Position numbers and translations under genes: made by a program. From positions 1 through 62,066 of IMG/VR virus record IMGVR_UViG_3300006204_000004: a DNA stretch of 62,066 nucleotides; one strand, 5' to 3'. Source of the DNA: a virus (taxonomy: Duplodnaviria > Heunggongvirae > Uroviricota > Caudoviricetes). Position 1 is the stretch's first letter. Every line of letters starts with the position of its first letter. Under the pieces are notes generated by a model that did no database searches, was not told the origin of the DNA, and saw only the letters and a program-made list of their open reading frames with translations. Below, one piece after another: positions 10,028-20,222 of this stretch.

Positions 10028-11896
10028 ATGCTTTTGGATATTATTGAAAAAGATTTACCACAATTAATCGTTGGTTTAGATTCTTTAAATGGTTCTGCAA
10101 ATTATATACATATTGAAGATGCTAAGGAAAATATCAACTATTATTGTCCCTGTTGTAAAGGACTAATTAAACCAAGGGCTTACAAAAAAGATATTGCTTA
10201 TCAAGTACAGTCTCACTTTTATCACGAAACTGGCGGATGTAGTGATGAGATTTATATTCATTATATCTGTAAAAACTGGTTATTTGAAAAAGGATGTAAA
10301 TTTATTGTTAATAACATTCAATATGAAGTCAAGGCTATTGAAATTGAGAAAACATTGTACACCTCTTTTGGGGATTATAGACCGGATATAATTGTAACTA
10401 CTACTATTGATAAAGTATTTTATTTTGAAATCAAAATTACTAATCGGAAGACTGAATTATACGCACCTAAGTGGGATGAACTAGAAAATGATGTTGTAGA
10501 AGTTGATACAAGATATTTTATTAATCAAAAGTATAAAAATGACATTCCAGAATTTAATATTATTTATTCTAATGGTGAGTGCTTTATTAAGAGTTATTCA
10601 AGAACAGATTATGAGGATACTATTGCTAAAAGGAAACTTGAATGGAAACGTCAAGATAAGTTGAATTACAAGATTCAATGGGAACGATTGGATTGGTTTT
10701 GGATTGACTTACAAGAATACGTAAATAAGAGAGAAAAAACTGAAAATGTATTAAAAAGCTTTGATAAGTTGGAGTATAATGATAAATTATGGTGTTATTA
10801 CACAATCAAGAAAAAATCTTGCATTGATTTAAAAGAGTGTTTTATGAACAATATCAACCAACATTTTTATAGTATGCTACATACATTAGAAACAGACGAA
10901 ATTAAAATTTCTTCAGCTCATGTATCTCCTAAAATTTATCATGTTACATGCAGAACAGAGTTCTCATATTTGGATTATACGTTGTTTGAAGAAGAAGTCA
11001 TAAAAGTTAAATTACAAAAAGGAGGCATTCTTCCATTAGACTATAAAAATGATGCAGAAAAGTGCGTTTCTTTATTGAACACTTATATTACTAAAGGAAA
11101 AAATATTTTAAAAAGGATAAAACATGTTGGAAACTTACCATATGTCAAAAGTATTATTCCTTATAGCCATTGGGCTTGTGGTAAGTATCCACTACATACT
11201 TTAGATTTTACAATTAAATTTCAAGATTATATTCATAGTAAGTTTTTAATAGAAGAAATCGGAAACATTAGAATAAGTGCCAATTTAATTGAAGAAAATT
11301 ATATAAAAGGATATTTTAACAAATTTCGGAAAGAAGCATTTCAAGATTTAGAATATGAATATATTGAGTCATGTTTAAAAAATGATTCTAAGTATCAAGA
11401 AATAATAAAAAATATTTCTGAAATATGTAATAATACCTCTAATTTTAAACTAAGAGTAACAGCAGGTGGACAGGATATTACTTTATTAGATGGATACAAA
11501 AGGGTTAGATGGCATACTTTTTCTACAAAAACTGATTTATTTGGAAAATTCGAAGAAAAAATATATAACAGATTTATAAATTACATCAATTTTTCAATCA
11601 AAAAGAAAAAAGAAGAAATGGACAGAAAGATAGGTTCCGAAGAAATAATTCAAAAGTATATTGCATTAGTTAATTCATGTAAAAATAAATATTGGAGATT
11701 GCAAAAAGCTGGAGATTTTTATTTAGAGTTATCATTTATTGATAAAGGTGTATGTATTTGTAATAAGTTTATTCGAATTAATTTTGGAGGCGATGTCAAG
11801 GATTTAGATATACAACTAAAGCGAAAAATTTATAGGGCAATGAAGTGTATTATTAATAAGTCATATTATAATTTTAGAATTATGGAGGCTAGATAA
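10028..11896 (+). CDS. CoiA-like PD-(D/E)XK nuclease domain protein
   Basis: YYCPCC...HFYH zinc knuckle, HYICK, YRPDII...YFEIK nuclease motif. Confidence 0.6.
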   Translation: MLLDIIEKDLPQLIVGLDSLNGSANYIHIEDAKENINYYCPCCKGLIKPRAYKKDIAYQVQSHFYHETGGCSDEIYIHYICKNWLFEKGCKFIVNNIQYEVKAIEIEKTLYTSFGDYRPDIIVTTTIDKVFYFEIKITNRKTELYAPKWDELENDVVEVDTRYFINQKYKNDIPEFNIIYSNGECFIKSYSRTDYEDTIAKRKLEWKRQDKLNYKIQWERLDWFWIDLQEYVNKREKTENVLKSFDKLEYNDKLWCYYTIKKKSCIDLKECFMNNINQHFYSMLHTLETDEIKISSAHVSPKIYHVTCRTEFSYLDYTLFEEEVIKVKLQKGGILPLDYKNDAEKCVSLLNTYITKGKNILKRIKHVGNLPYVKSIIPYSHWACGKYPLHTLDFTIKFQDYIHSKFLIEEIGNIRISANLIEENYIKGYFNKFRKEAFQDLEYEYIESCLKNDSKYQEIIKNISEICNNTSNFKLRVTAGGQDITLLDGYKRVRWHTFSTKTDLFGKFEEKIYNRFINYINFSIKKKKEEMDRKIGSEEIIQKYIALVNSCKNKYWRLQKAGDFYLELSFIDKGVCICNKFIRINFGGDVKDLDIQLKRKIYRAMKCIINKSYYNFRIMEAR

Positions 11897-14733
11897 TGGA
11901 AAATCGAAATTGTATTTACATCCCAAGTATCGATGCTAAAGATTTATATTTAGCAAACAATTTCAAAGATGAAACAAAAAACAAAACTGGTTATAGACTC
12001 ATAACTAAATCTGGAAATATAAATTATAACAGATTTATCAATTCTCTTGATTTTAGTTTAGATAGTGAAAAACTGAGAGAGATTGCAAAAGAAACTTATG
12101 GTAAAAATAATACCTTATCATTTAAGCATAACGGCAAAGAATATAGTGATAAGGTGATTAATGTAACTTTCAAATATAGTAGCAAAGATTTTAATAAAGT
12201 AAAAAAGAATACCTATGTTATGGATGGATATTTATTAGATGAATTGCAATTTAATGATAATATTGCGGTTATTTCTAATGTTATTATAGGGATTATTGTT
12301 TCCACTCCTACTAATGAGAAGACACAATATGAATTACCAGATGGTTTTGAATATGTTGAAGATAAAGATGGAAACCATATTTATAATACAAAAACAATAG
12401 GAGTTGTTTATTCTCGTAAGAAATTGCGTGATTATTTATATGAAAATGGTTTTAATTGTAATGGTAATCACTATATTAGATTTAAACGTACTTCTGGATC
12501 TGCCCGTGTAGGAAAATGTTTATTTGTTGAAGAATCATTGTATCCTAAAATGCACGAATGGGAAATGTGTGGATTAGTAATTGAAAATGGTGATGATGTT
12601 GATCTTGCTGCATTAGAATCATATATTTCTCTCCCAACCAGCAGTGCCATTGATATAATAACAATTGAACCTAAAAGTATATTGATCATACCTGATTATG
12701 ATAGTAAATTTATCGAAAATTCTGTTATCGTTGAAATGAACGAGTATAATAGAATTACAGTCAAAGAGGGAGAAATTGATATTTCAAATTCTATCTTTGA
12801 TGGGCAATCTTTAATTGATCGGTCTATTATGGGCAAATATAATTGTTATGGAATGATATTGCTGCGAAACAGATTCTTCAAATCCTGTTGCTTTAATACA
12901 AATATCCAGAAGTGGTTTGAAGATAATGGTATTGATAATATTTCACAGTTAAATAAGGACTGCATTACCATTGCCACTGACATTAAAGACATAAAATTGA
13001 TAACCACTCCAAATAGTATCAAATATATAAAATTTGCGCCGTTATTACAATGGTTAAAACAAATTGATTCTACTTTTAGTGTTGTTAAGCATGAAAAGAA
13101 AACACATTTCTTTGACGGAAAAATGGTGCAAGCACATTATCAATTATTAAATACAATACAACTTAGTAAAATTGAAGTACATGATTTATTGAAACCTTCG
13201 TTGGATTATGTAAATTTATTAAATACTGATATCAATGTTTTAAAATATCATATTAAATGCTCGTCTTTTGATGAACATGATAATGAAGCTATATCAAATG
13301 TTTTTAAAGATAAGAATGATATTGTTTATACAATGATGAATATATCAAATAAATTTTATAAAACAAAGTATTTTTATAACTTCAAAAGAGAAACATGCAA
13401 AGCTTATTTAAAAAATATGAAAAAGGGACATATTCTTATAAATGGTAATTATTCTGTTCTTTTTGGGAATCCTTATGAAATGTTGCTACACACTATTGGA
13501 AAATTTGATGGCACTACTTCTCTTCCACCAGGACATATACATACTACTCGTTATGAATATGGTAAAAAAATACTTGGATGTCGTAGCCCACATATTTCAA
13601 CATCAAATATTCTTATTACAGAGAATATGAGGCACGATTTGATTGACAAGTATTTTAATCTCACTAATGAAATTGTTTGTATTAATGCTATTGGTGAGAA
13701 TACGCTAGAACGTTTATCAGGCGCCGATTACGATTCGGATCAGATGATTATATCTGATAATGATATAATCATAAATGCGGCTTTAAAGAATTATGATATA
13801 TTCAAAGTCCCTGCCAACAGGGTCGCTGCAAAAAAATCAAAAAGGTATTATACAAATGCACAAAAGTCTGATTTAGATTATAAAACAAGCGAAAATAAAA
13901 TAGGTGAAATTGTTAATTTGTCTCAAGAACTCAACACATTAATGTGGGACTTTATTAATAAATCCAAGAAATCTTTGCTAGATTGTTATGAGGATATCAA
14001 AGAGATTTACCATGATATTTGTGTATTAAATGTTTTAAGTTGTATTGAAATTGATAAAGCGAAAAAGGAATTTGACATTTCTTCTAGTAAGGAAATCAAG
14101 GAAATAAAAGAGAAATGGAGAAAAAAAACGTTTGAAGGTAAAACCGTTAAACCTGCGTTTTTGGGATTTATTGCCAAAACAAAAGGATATCGCAACCCTC
14201 AAAAAAAGAAGTATAACTACCATAAAACAACTATGGACTATTTATTGAGAGAAATTAACCAATATCGTTCGGAGAAAGTAAAATTAGAGGATTTGATACC
14301 TTTATGTGAATGTTTTAGATTTTATGATTTTAATCCTAACTCAGTAAATAAAAAGCAGGTATCTAAGATTATAAAAATGTGCGAAACCGCTACATCTTCT
14401 ATTAATGCAGTGTGGTCAAAAGATTACTATTCAACAGAAGAAAAATACATATTAACTTCACAATATAAAGATAATTTGGTTTTTGATATTCAAAAGTTGA
14501 AAATAAATATACACACTATGTTTTCGCTTATTGAACACACTGATATGAAGAAATATTCCCATATTTCTAAATTGTTATTTTATGTATTATTTAATCATAA
14601 AAACAATGAAATTATAGAAATTATGACAAAACTTAATCAATCTAATAATTCCTATATCGCTGAAGATGAAGATGGCGATCTTAAATTATATGGTATTCAT
14701 TTCAAAAGATATGGAGGAACAGTTATTGAATAA
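11896..14733 (+). CDS. phage single-subunit DNA-dependent RNA polymerase (YonO/RdRP-like, two-barrel)
   Basis: 945 aa; RTSGSARVGKCLF, DGQSL, GCRSPH, and catalytic LSGADYDSDQ (DxDxD); SPbeta-like synteny with HU and YonK-like genes. Confidence 0.85.
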   Translation: MENRNCIYIPSIDAKDLYLANNFKDETKNKTGYRLITKSGNINYNRFINSLDFSLDSEKLREIAKETYGKNNTLSFKHNGKEYSDKVINVTFKYSSKDFNKVKKNTYVMDGYLLDELQFNDNIAVISNVIIGIIVSTPTNEKTQYELPDGFEYVEDKDGNHIYNTKTIGVVYSRKKLRDYLYENGFNCNGNHYIRFKRTSGSARVGKCLFVEESLYPKMHEWEMCGLVIENGDDVDLAALESYISLPTSSAIDIITIEPKSILIIPDYDSKFIENSVIVEMNEYNRITVKEGEIDISNSIFDGQSLIDRSIMGKYNCYGMILLRNRFFKSCCFNTNIQKWFEDNGIDNISQLNKDCITIATDIKDIKLITTPNSIKYIKFAPLLQWLKQIDSTFSVVKHEKKTHFFDGKMVQAHYQLLNTIQLSKIEVHDLLKPSLDYVNLLNTDINVLKYHIKCSSFDEHDNEAISNVFKDKNDIVYTMMNISNKFYKTKYFYNFKRETCKAYLKNMKKGHILINGNYSVLFGNPYEMLLHTIGKFDGTTSLPPGHIHTTRYEYGKKILGCRSPHISTSNILITENMRHDLIDKYFNLTNEIVCINAIGENTLERLSGADYDSDQMIISDNDIIINAALKNYDIFKVPANRVAAKKSKRYYTNAQKSDLDYKTSENKIGEIVNLSQELNTLMWDFINKSKKSLLDCYEDIKEIYHDICVLNVLSCIEIDKAKKEFDISSSKEIKEIKEKWRKKTFEGKTVKPAFLGFIAKTKGYRNPQKKKYNYHKTTMDYLLREINQYRSEKVKLEDLIPLCECFRFYDFNPNSVNKKQVSKIIKMCETATSSINAVWSKDYYSTEEKYILTSQYKDNLVFDIQKLKINIHTMFSLIEHTDMKKYSHISKLLFYVLFNHKNNEIIEIMTKLNQSNNSYIAEDEDGDLKLYGIHFKRYGGTVIE

Positions 14734-15025
14734 AAATCATTTTATAAACGAAGTAGCAAAAAGATGTATGGTAACTCCTTATGTTGTAGATGAAATTTTT
14801 AATGTATCATCTGGTGTTATTATTGAAAATTTATTAAAAGGGAATCAGGTTGAAATCCCAAAACTAGGCAAATTTATTTTGAGAGAAAAAAAAGAAACTA
14901 CATACAAAAATTTATATGGTAATAGTGAAAAGACTATAGGGAAGATGACTTATACATCATTTCAAGTAACCAACAATATAAAAAACAGAGTCAAAAATGG
15001 TTATCAATATATGAAAACAACATAA
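14726..15025 (+). CDS. HU/IHF-like DNA-binding protein
   Basis: GGAGG RBS before TTG 14726; LLKGNQVEIPKLGKFILREKKE. Confidence 0.75.
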   Translation: MNKNHFINEVAKRCMVTPYVVDEIFNVSSGVIIENLLKGNQVEIPKLGKFILREKKETTYKNLYGNSEKTIGKMTYTSFQVTNNIKNRVKNGYQYMKTT

Positions 15026-15230
15026 AAAGTTACTTTTTTGAAAAAATAATCCACAAAAAAATATGGGACTATTCCATAGTTGCCTTGGGATAATCCCGAA
15101 TATTTTAAGTTTTCCAAAATAAGGGAACCATAGGAAAGAGAAATAAAATTTATCATTTATGGCAAGAAAAAAAAGAGAAATAAAAGATGTAGATGAAAAT
15201 ATATTGAATTTATAAAAAGGAGTAAAAATT

Positions 15231-15845
15231 ATGAACCTAAAAGAATCTTACCGTTATGCAAATTATCTTGATTCTCTGTTAAGTACAGCTTATCGCTATC
15301 TTCAGAACAAAGGGTTTGTTACCACTACTAAGCAGAATCACTTGCGTTCAAAAGCAAACAACGAAGCTGATAATGAGGTGGTTGAGGTGCCGAAACCATA
15401 TGATGTAGAGTTTACTCCAAATAATGTGATTGATTTTGTTGTAAATGTTATCACTGAAAAAGAGTTACTTGCTATTGCTATCGCTAAAGCAAAGACCAGT
15501 ACTGAGATTAATATTGACAATGCTGTTGCATTGAATAAAAAGAAACAGGCATTTGTTTCTGTACTGAATGGGATTGCTAATATTAAGCCTAGTGAAAAGA
15601 CCACACAAGGTACTGATTATAAGTTTAATCAGCAGGATGGTAATCAGATTCGATACTATTACAATATTGAGGAAACGACAACTATCGACTTTAACAGGAA
15701 TGATGTTAAAGCATTGATTAAGAAGTATAGTAAAGAATGTGACAATATTTCTGCGAAATTGGATGCAATTGAAATTAACACAATGGTGGAACATACACAA
15801 AAATATGATATTTCTGACACATTTGAAGATTTGGTGGGCGCATAG
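15231..15845 (+). CDS. hypothetical phage protein
   Basis: 204-aa ORF with AAAGGAG RBS and phage-like codon use. Confidence 0.75.
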   Translation: MNLKESYRYANYLDSLLSTAYRYLQNKGFVTTTKQNHLRSKANNEADNEVVEVPKPYDVEFTPNNVIDFVVNVITEKELLAIAIAKAKTSTEINIDNAVALNKKKQAFVSVLNGIANIKPSEKTTQGTDYKFNQQDGNQIRYYYNIEETTTIDFNRNDVKALIKKYSKECDNISAKLDAIEINTMVEHTQKYDISDTFEDLVGA

Positions 15846-16494
15846 CCTACCACTCATCTATCCTGTATCAGATATTTAAAACAGTGCTGAGATTGATTTT
15901 GTGATTGTCAATCGGTTCAGATGCAGATGAACTATGATGCTGCAAGGATGACATTATCCATAAAATGTTAAAATCCAATAGTAAATATTGCATTTTACAT
16001 ATAAAACTTTCAAGTAAATAGTAAGTTCAGACTTATTCATTAATTTGGAAAACTTATGAATATTCCAAAATTATTCAATTATCTAATAGTCTCGATATAT
16101 GTAACGTGATTTGCTATTTCGATATTTTGTAATTTTGACAATTTGTTATATTGAGAATTTGAAATTTTGAAAAGTGTCTTGCTATTTGTTTATTCAGAAA
16201 ATTGGTGATAGGGTGATCCCCTATAAATTTAATAGTATTAGCAAATATTATTTCTAAAAAGAAGAAGAAACTTTAAACAATATGATTTAAGATTATAACC
16301 TTAATTTATTTCGGTATTTTACTGATAGCAAATTGATTGAGATTACAGAGGATATTTTCAGTTCTGTTTTAAGCATCTGATATTAAAATCTTATAAAACA
16401 AAACTAAAAACAAATAAACATTAGCCAAATGAAATTACATAACGCTTAGAAAACTATAATATTAAAACAATATAAGGAAAGGAAAGAATAGAAA

Positions 16495-16716
16495 ATGGCA
16501 AAATCTAAACTAAGTTTCAAGAGAAGTACGACAGATAAATTGTCTGTAAAAGGAATCCTATCAGAAGATGGAACTACAATTACATATACGGATGAAAATG
16601 ATGTGGATCAGGATGTAAAAATTTCTGATTTGGTAAATGCATTTATAAACCAGCCAGTTGAGTTATCTATTAGTTTAAAAAATGATGAAGACCTAGAACT
16701 TATACCTGCTGAATAA
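16495..16716 (+). CDS. YonK-like small phage protein
   Basis: MAKSKLSFKR...LSVKGILSEDGTTITY; position matches SPbeta yonK next to HU. Confidence 0.55.
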   Translation: MAKSKLSFKRSTTDKLSVKGILSEDGTTITYTDENDVDQDVKISDLVNAFINQPVELSISLKNDEDLELIPAE

Positions 16717-16805
16717 TAATTAGTAACTGATAAAACATAGTATATTGAGAGAGTGACTTTTAGTCTACTCTCTTTTCATTTTAGATAAAAGGAGAAAATA
16801 ATTTT

Positions 16806-17087
16806 ATGACAAGAAAAGATTTAATTACAAAAATGTCAGAAGAAAGTGGTTTAACAAAAAAAGATTCAGAGCTTGCGTTAAATTCATTCACAAACATTAT
16901 TGAAAATAGCTTGAAAAATAATGAAAAAATTCAGTTAATTGGATTTGGTACATTTGAAGTTTCAGAACGTTCAGCTAGGACTGGTAGAAATCCTCATAAT
17001 GGCAGTGTTATTGAAATTCCATCTTGCAAAGTTCCGAAATTTAAGCCATCAAAAGCATTAAAATCTTCGGTAAACGGCGGTGAATAA
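16806..17087 (+). CDS. hup: DNA-binding protein HU
   Basis: MTRKDLI...LIGFGTFEVSERSARTGRNPHNG...IPSCKVPKFKPSKALK is the canonical HU signature. Confidence 0.95.
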   Translation: MTRKDLITKMSEESGLTKKDSELALNSFTNIIENSLKNNEKIQLIGFGTFEVSERSARTGRNPHNGSVIEIPSCKVPKFKPSKALKSSVNGGE

Positions 17088-17645
17088 ATGAAACTATTAC
17101 ATTTTGAAAATTATAAAAATTTTGTTCAAGCTATATCAGATACATTTGATTCGTTGAATTATGGATATGACGATATTTCGATTATTGCAAAATATAGCGA
17201 ATCAAAAAAAATACTAAAAGAATTATTATGTATGGGGTATGATATTTCTACAATTAATTTAGAATCTGAAGAAATTAGTAATTATTCAAGTGAGTATATT
17301 ATTTCTATTTTAAATATTGATGGTGAAAATAGTGTTTGGTGCGACAAATTTAAAGATAAAAATAAATATTATGATGACGAAGCAACGGTAACTTATATCA
17401 TGGATAATTGTTCTTCTAAAGTTATAAAACATTGTAAATCTAATCTTGTGTTTGAAGTACATATTAGTGAAGAAGATAATATGGATTTTATCGTTGATGA
17501 AAACAATAATGATGTGCATGGATTCACTGTGAGCAATACAGATAGTGATGGTTATCGTTCATTTAGTTATTATTCTTCTGATCCGTTAAATCAAACAGAT
17601 ATTCAAAAGATGATAAAGGATTTTGGATTTTCGTTTTCAGAATAA
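17088..17645 (+). CDS. hypothetical acidic phage protein
   Basis: 185-aa ORF directly after HU. Confidence 0.7.
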   Translation: MKLLHFENYKNFVQAISDTFDSLNYGYDDISIIAKYSESKKILKELLCMGYDISTINLESEEISNYSSEYIISILNIDGENSVWCDKFKDKNKYYDDEATVTYIMDNCSSKVIKHCKSNLVFEVHISEEDNMDFIVDENNNDVHGFTVSNTDSDGYRSFSYYSSDPLNQTDIQKMIKDFGFSFSE

Positions 17646-17720
17646 ATAATACTGTTTGACATAGGAAAGACTCGCATTTTGATTAATTAAGTGTAAGTCT
17701 TTTTTTGTTTGAAATGGTGA

Positions 17721-17760
17721 CTACCGCAATCCCATTGACTTTAGACAATGGGTAGTTCAC
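17721..17760 (+). mobile_element. 40-bp IS200/IS605 left-end/right-end fusion (mini element)
   Basis: First 14 nt equal 49082-49095; last 30 nt match 50497-50526 with one mismatch. Confidence 0.8.
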
Positions 17761-18023
17761 CTACCTATCTCCCATTTCTTTATTAAAGTTGTGTAAGTGA
17801 GAAAGTAGAAAAAGATTTATGGGGAAAGCAGTTTACTTAGATGTTGGCGGTCGAAAAGTATTAACAACAGAAGTTACTTATGAAGATTTAGTTATACTGT
17901 ATAAACAATATATTGCCAGATGAAATGAATGAGGATAATTATAAAAGAATATTTAAAAAATACTTAAAGGAAGTTACTTAGTAAATAGTTACTTCCTTTT
18001 TGTTTGGAAGGAAGTGAGAACAG

Positions 18024-19040
18024 ATGGCACATGTACCAAGAGTAAAATATTTTACAGAAGAACGCAAGAAATTAATAAATCCTGATAACTGGAAGAAATA
18101 CGAAAAATATTTACAGTCAAATATTATCAAAAACAAAGATGTAAAAGATACTACATATCGTAATTATAAGAATTATTTTATGCACTTCTGCGTTTATCTT
18201 GCTGAAAATTGGGATAATATAGATTTATATTCTGATGATTTTATGGAAAATGCTATTGATATTATGGAAGGTTATATTATGTTCTGCCAAGAAACACTTC
18301 TAAACCATAAGAAAATTATTAATACAAAATTATCAGCAGTTAGTTCTTTCTATATATGGTCAATGAAAAGAGGATATGTGAAATATCATCCTTTTGATGG
18401 AAAACTTGATAGGATGAAAAAAGCAAACGAAGAAAAGATTATTAATTCTTATTTCCTAACAGAAGACCAAATTGAAACTATCAGGCGAGAATTATCTTTA
18501 AATGATAAGTTTACAATTCAAGACCAAATACTTTTCGAGGTAAGTTTTGACTCTGCAAATAGAATCGGAGCATTAGAAAAACTCGCACTTTCAAAATTAG
18601 ATTTGGATAATAATATGTTCACTGGGATCAGAGAAAAAGAGGGATATATCACAGAGGTCGTGTTTGGAGATTCTGCTAAAGAATTAATTACTGAATGGCT
18701 TGAAGTGAGAAAAGATGATTATGATAATTTAGAAGTAGATTCATTATTGATTGTAAAATATAAGGGAAAATGGAAACCGATGAGTAGAGACTCTATCAGC
18801 AACAGAATGAAAAAATATGGTCAGATTGTTGGTATTCCTGATTATAGAGCACACTGCCAACGTAAATCACGTCTAAATCTTGTATATGAAGAAACTGGAG
18901 ATTTAGCACTTGCTGCTGAATTAGCAAATCATAAATCTACTGAAACAACTCGTAGCTTTTATTGTCGTCCAAAATCCAAATCAGAAATTATGGATAAAAT
19001 AAATGCGTTAAAGGCAAAACAATCTGAGAATAATGAATAA
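18024..19040 (+). CDS. tyrosine recombinase (XerC/D-like)
   Basis: SANRIGAL (R), AHCQRKSR (HxxR), ANHKS (H), RSFYCR (Y). Confidence 0.9.
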   Translation: MAHVPRVKYFTEERKKLINPDNWKKYEKYLQSNIIKNKDVKDTTYRNYKNYFMHFCVYLAENWDNIDLYSDDFMENAIDIMEGYIMFCQETLLNHKKIINTKLSAVSSFYIWSMKRGYVKYHPFDGKLDRMKKANEEKIINSYFLTEDQIETIRRELSLNDKFTIQDQILFEVSFDSANRIGALEKLALSKLDLDNNMFTGIREKEGYITEVVFGDSAKELITEWLEVRKDDYDNLEVDSLLIVKYKGKWKPMSRDSISNRMKKYGQIVGIPDYRAHCQRKSRLNLVYEETGDLALAAELANHKSTETTRSFYCRPKSKSEIMDKINALKAKQSENNE

Positions 19041-19138
19041 CCCAATAAATCTCCAATTCAAGTAGACATTTCACAGACAATATATTGGAATATATAGCGA
19101 TATGTGGCATTATAAAGACTTATGTGCGAATTAAGTTA

Positions 19139-19167
19139 TTGACAACACTTGTGAATTGATATATGAT
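19139..19167 (+). promoter_or_regulatory. sigma70/A promoter for the putative antitoxin RNA
   Basis: TTGACA (19139-19144), 17-nt spacer, TATGAT (19162-19167). Confidence 0.7.
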
Positions 19168-19174
19168 AATGCGT

Positions 19175-19315
19175 ATAGAAAATATTCTACACAAAGAAAA
19201 GGCATCCATTAGACGGTTGAGCCGTAATTTGATATATAGCTAATAAATCAAAAATGAATCATTAACACAAAAGTAATCGCTTTACTTCTCATGGCGGTTA
19301 TTTTGTGTTTTCTTT
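19175..19315 (+). ncRNA. putative type I antitoxin sRNA
   Basis: Lies between the promoter above and terminator 19264-19309; antisense to the 3' half of the toxin ORF. Confidence 0.6.
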
Positions 19316-19403
19316 TATTAAGAAATCTGACCATGTAAGCTGATACTACTCCGCTTACAATTCCAACAACTAACGATATTACAATTAGTTCACAAATTGT
19401 CAC
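19248..19403 (-). CDS. type I toxin-like small membrane peptide (51 aa)
   Basis: AAGGAGGG RBS, GTG start, MTICELIVISLVVGIVSGVVSAYMVRFLNKRKHK...: hydrophobic helix then basic tail. Confidence 0.7.
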   Translation of the reverse strand: MTICELIVISLVVGIVSGVVSAYMVRFLNKRKHKITAMRSKAITFVLMIHF

Positions 19404-19805
19404 TTCTTCTATCACCCTCCTTTCTTAGCAGGGTATCTATCCGATAAATAGAGCATTGCTGTTCTGATGTGACTCAACCGTCTAACCATTCATCTAGTCA
19501 AAATGAAACATTGGATGCTGCTTGCACTTATTATTCTGCAAAATATCCCACATATTGTCAATGTAATCATTTCACGTGTTTGAAATTTTTTCAAATAGTA
19601 AAAACCGAATCTACAATGGGCTGATAACTGCCTTGGAAAATGTTGAGAGGTTAAATCTAAAAAGGTATTGCAGTGTCCTACTTCTCTAATTGTAGAGTTT
19701 ATGCGAGGTAGTGGACATGAACACCTCAAAAATTCATGTACATTTCAGGAGAGTCTTCTGCACTCTCCTACCCCATTCTACTATCATTAATTATTTCTTC
19801 TATAT

Positions 19806-19887
19806 CGGTGGATATGCAAGTGGTTAAAGCGGGCGAACTGTAAATTCGTTTCTACTGATTTCGCAGGTTCGAATCCTGCTCCACCGA
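19806..19887 (+). tRNA. tRNA-Tyr (GTA), long variable arm, C1-G72, no encoded CCA
   Basis: Acceptor CGGTGGA/TCCACCG, anticodon arm GCGAA-CTGTAAA-TTCGT, T arm GCAGG-TTCGAAT-CCTGC. Confidence 0.9.
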
Positions 19888-19928
19888 CTTATATTATGCG
19901 TAACTAATAAAAGAAAGCTGGTGATAAA

Positions 19929-20222
19929 ATGGCAAAAGATTTAGATATTGTTGAAAGACAGTTAGAAATAGGAATGGTAAAAACAATTATTACAGAAAAC
20001 GTGGTGAATTTCGTTGAACTTTTATTTAGTTCAAATATAAAAGCGCAATTTTATTATAATGAATTTGAAAATTTAATTCAGTTTTGTGTAAAAGATTGTG
20101 ATCTAGGCATAAAAGGATTTGATTGTTTATTGGATAAAAAAACTGTAAGAAATCTTATAATTAATTTAAAAAATTTATACAATCAGTTAGATCGTATTGA
20201 CGATTATAAAGGAGATATATGA
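19929..20222 (+). CDS. hypothetical phage protein
   Basis: 97-aa ORF, overlaps the next start. Confidence 0.65.
   Translation: MAKDLDIVERQLEIGMVKTIITENVVNFVELLFSSNIKAQFYYNEFENLIQFCVKDCDLGIKGFDCLLDKKTVRNLIINLKNLYNQLDRIDDYKGDI

Noticed and set aside
15846-16494. ncRNA in the 650-bp gap after 15845
   Set aside because: I could not find convincing stems by eye; needs folding and comparative data
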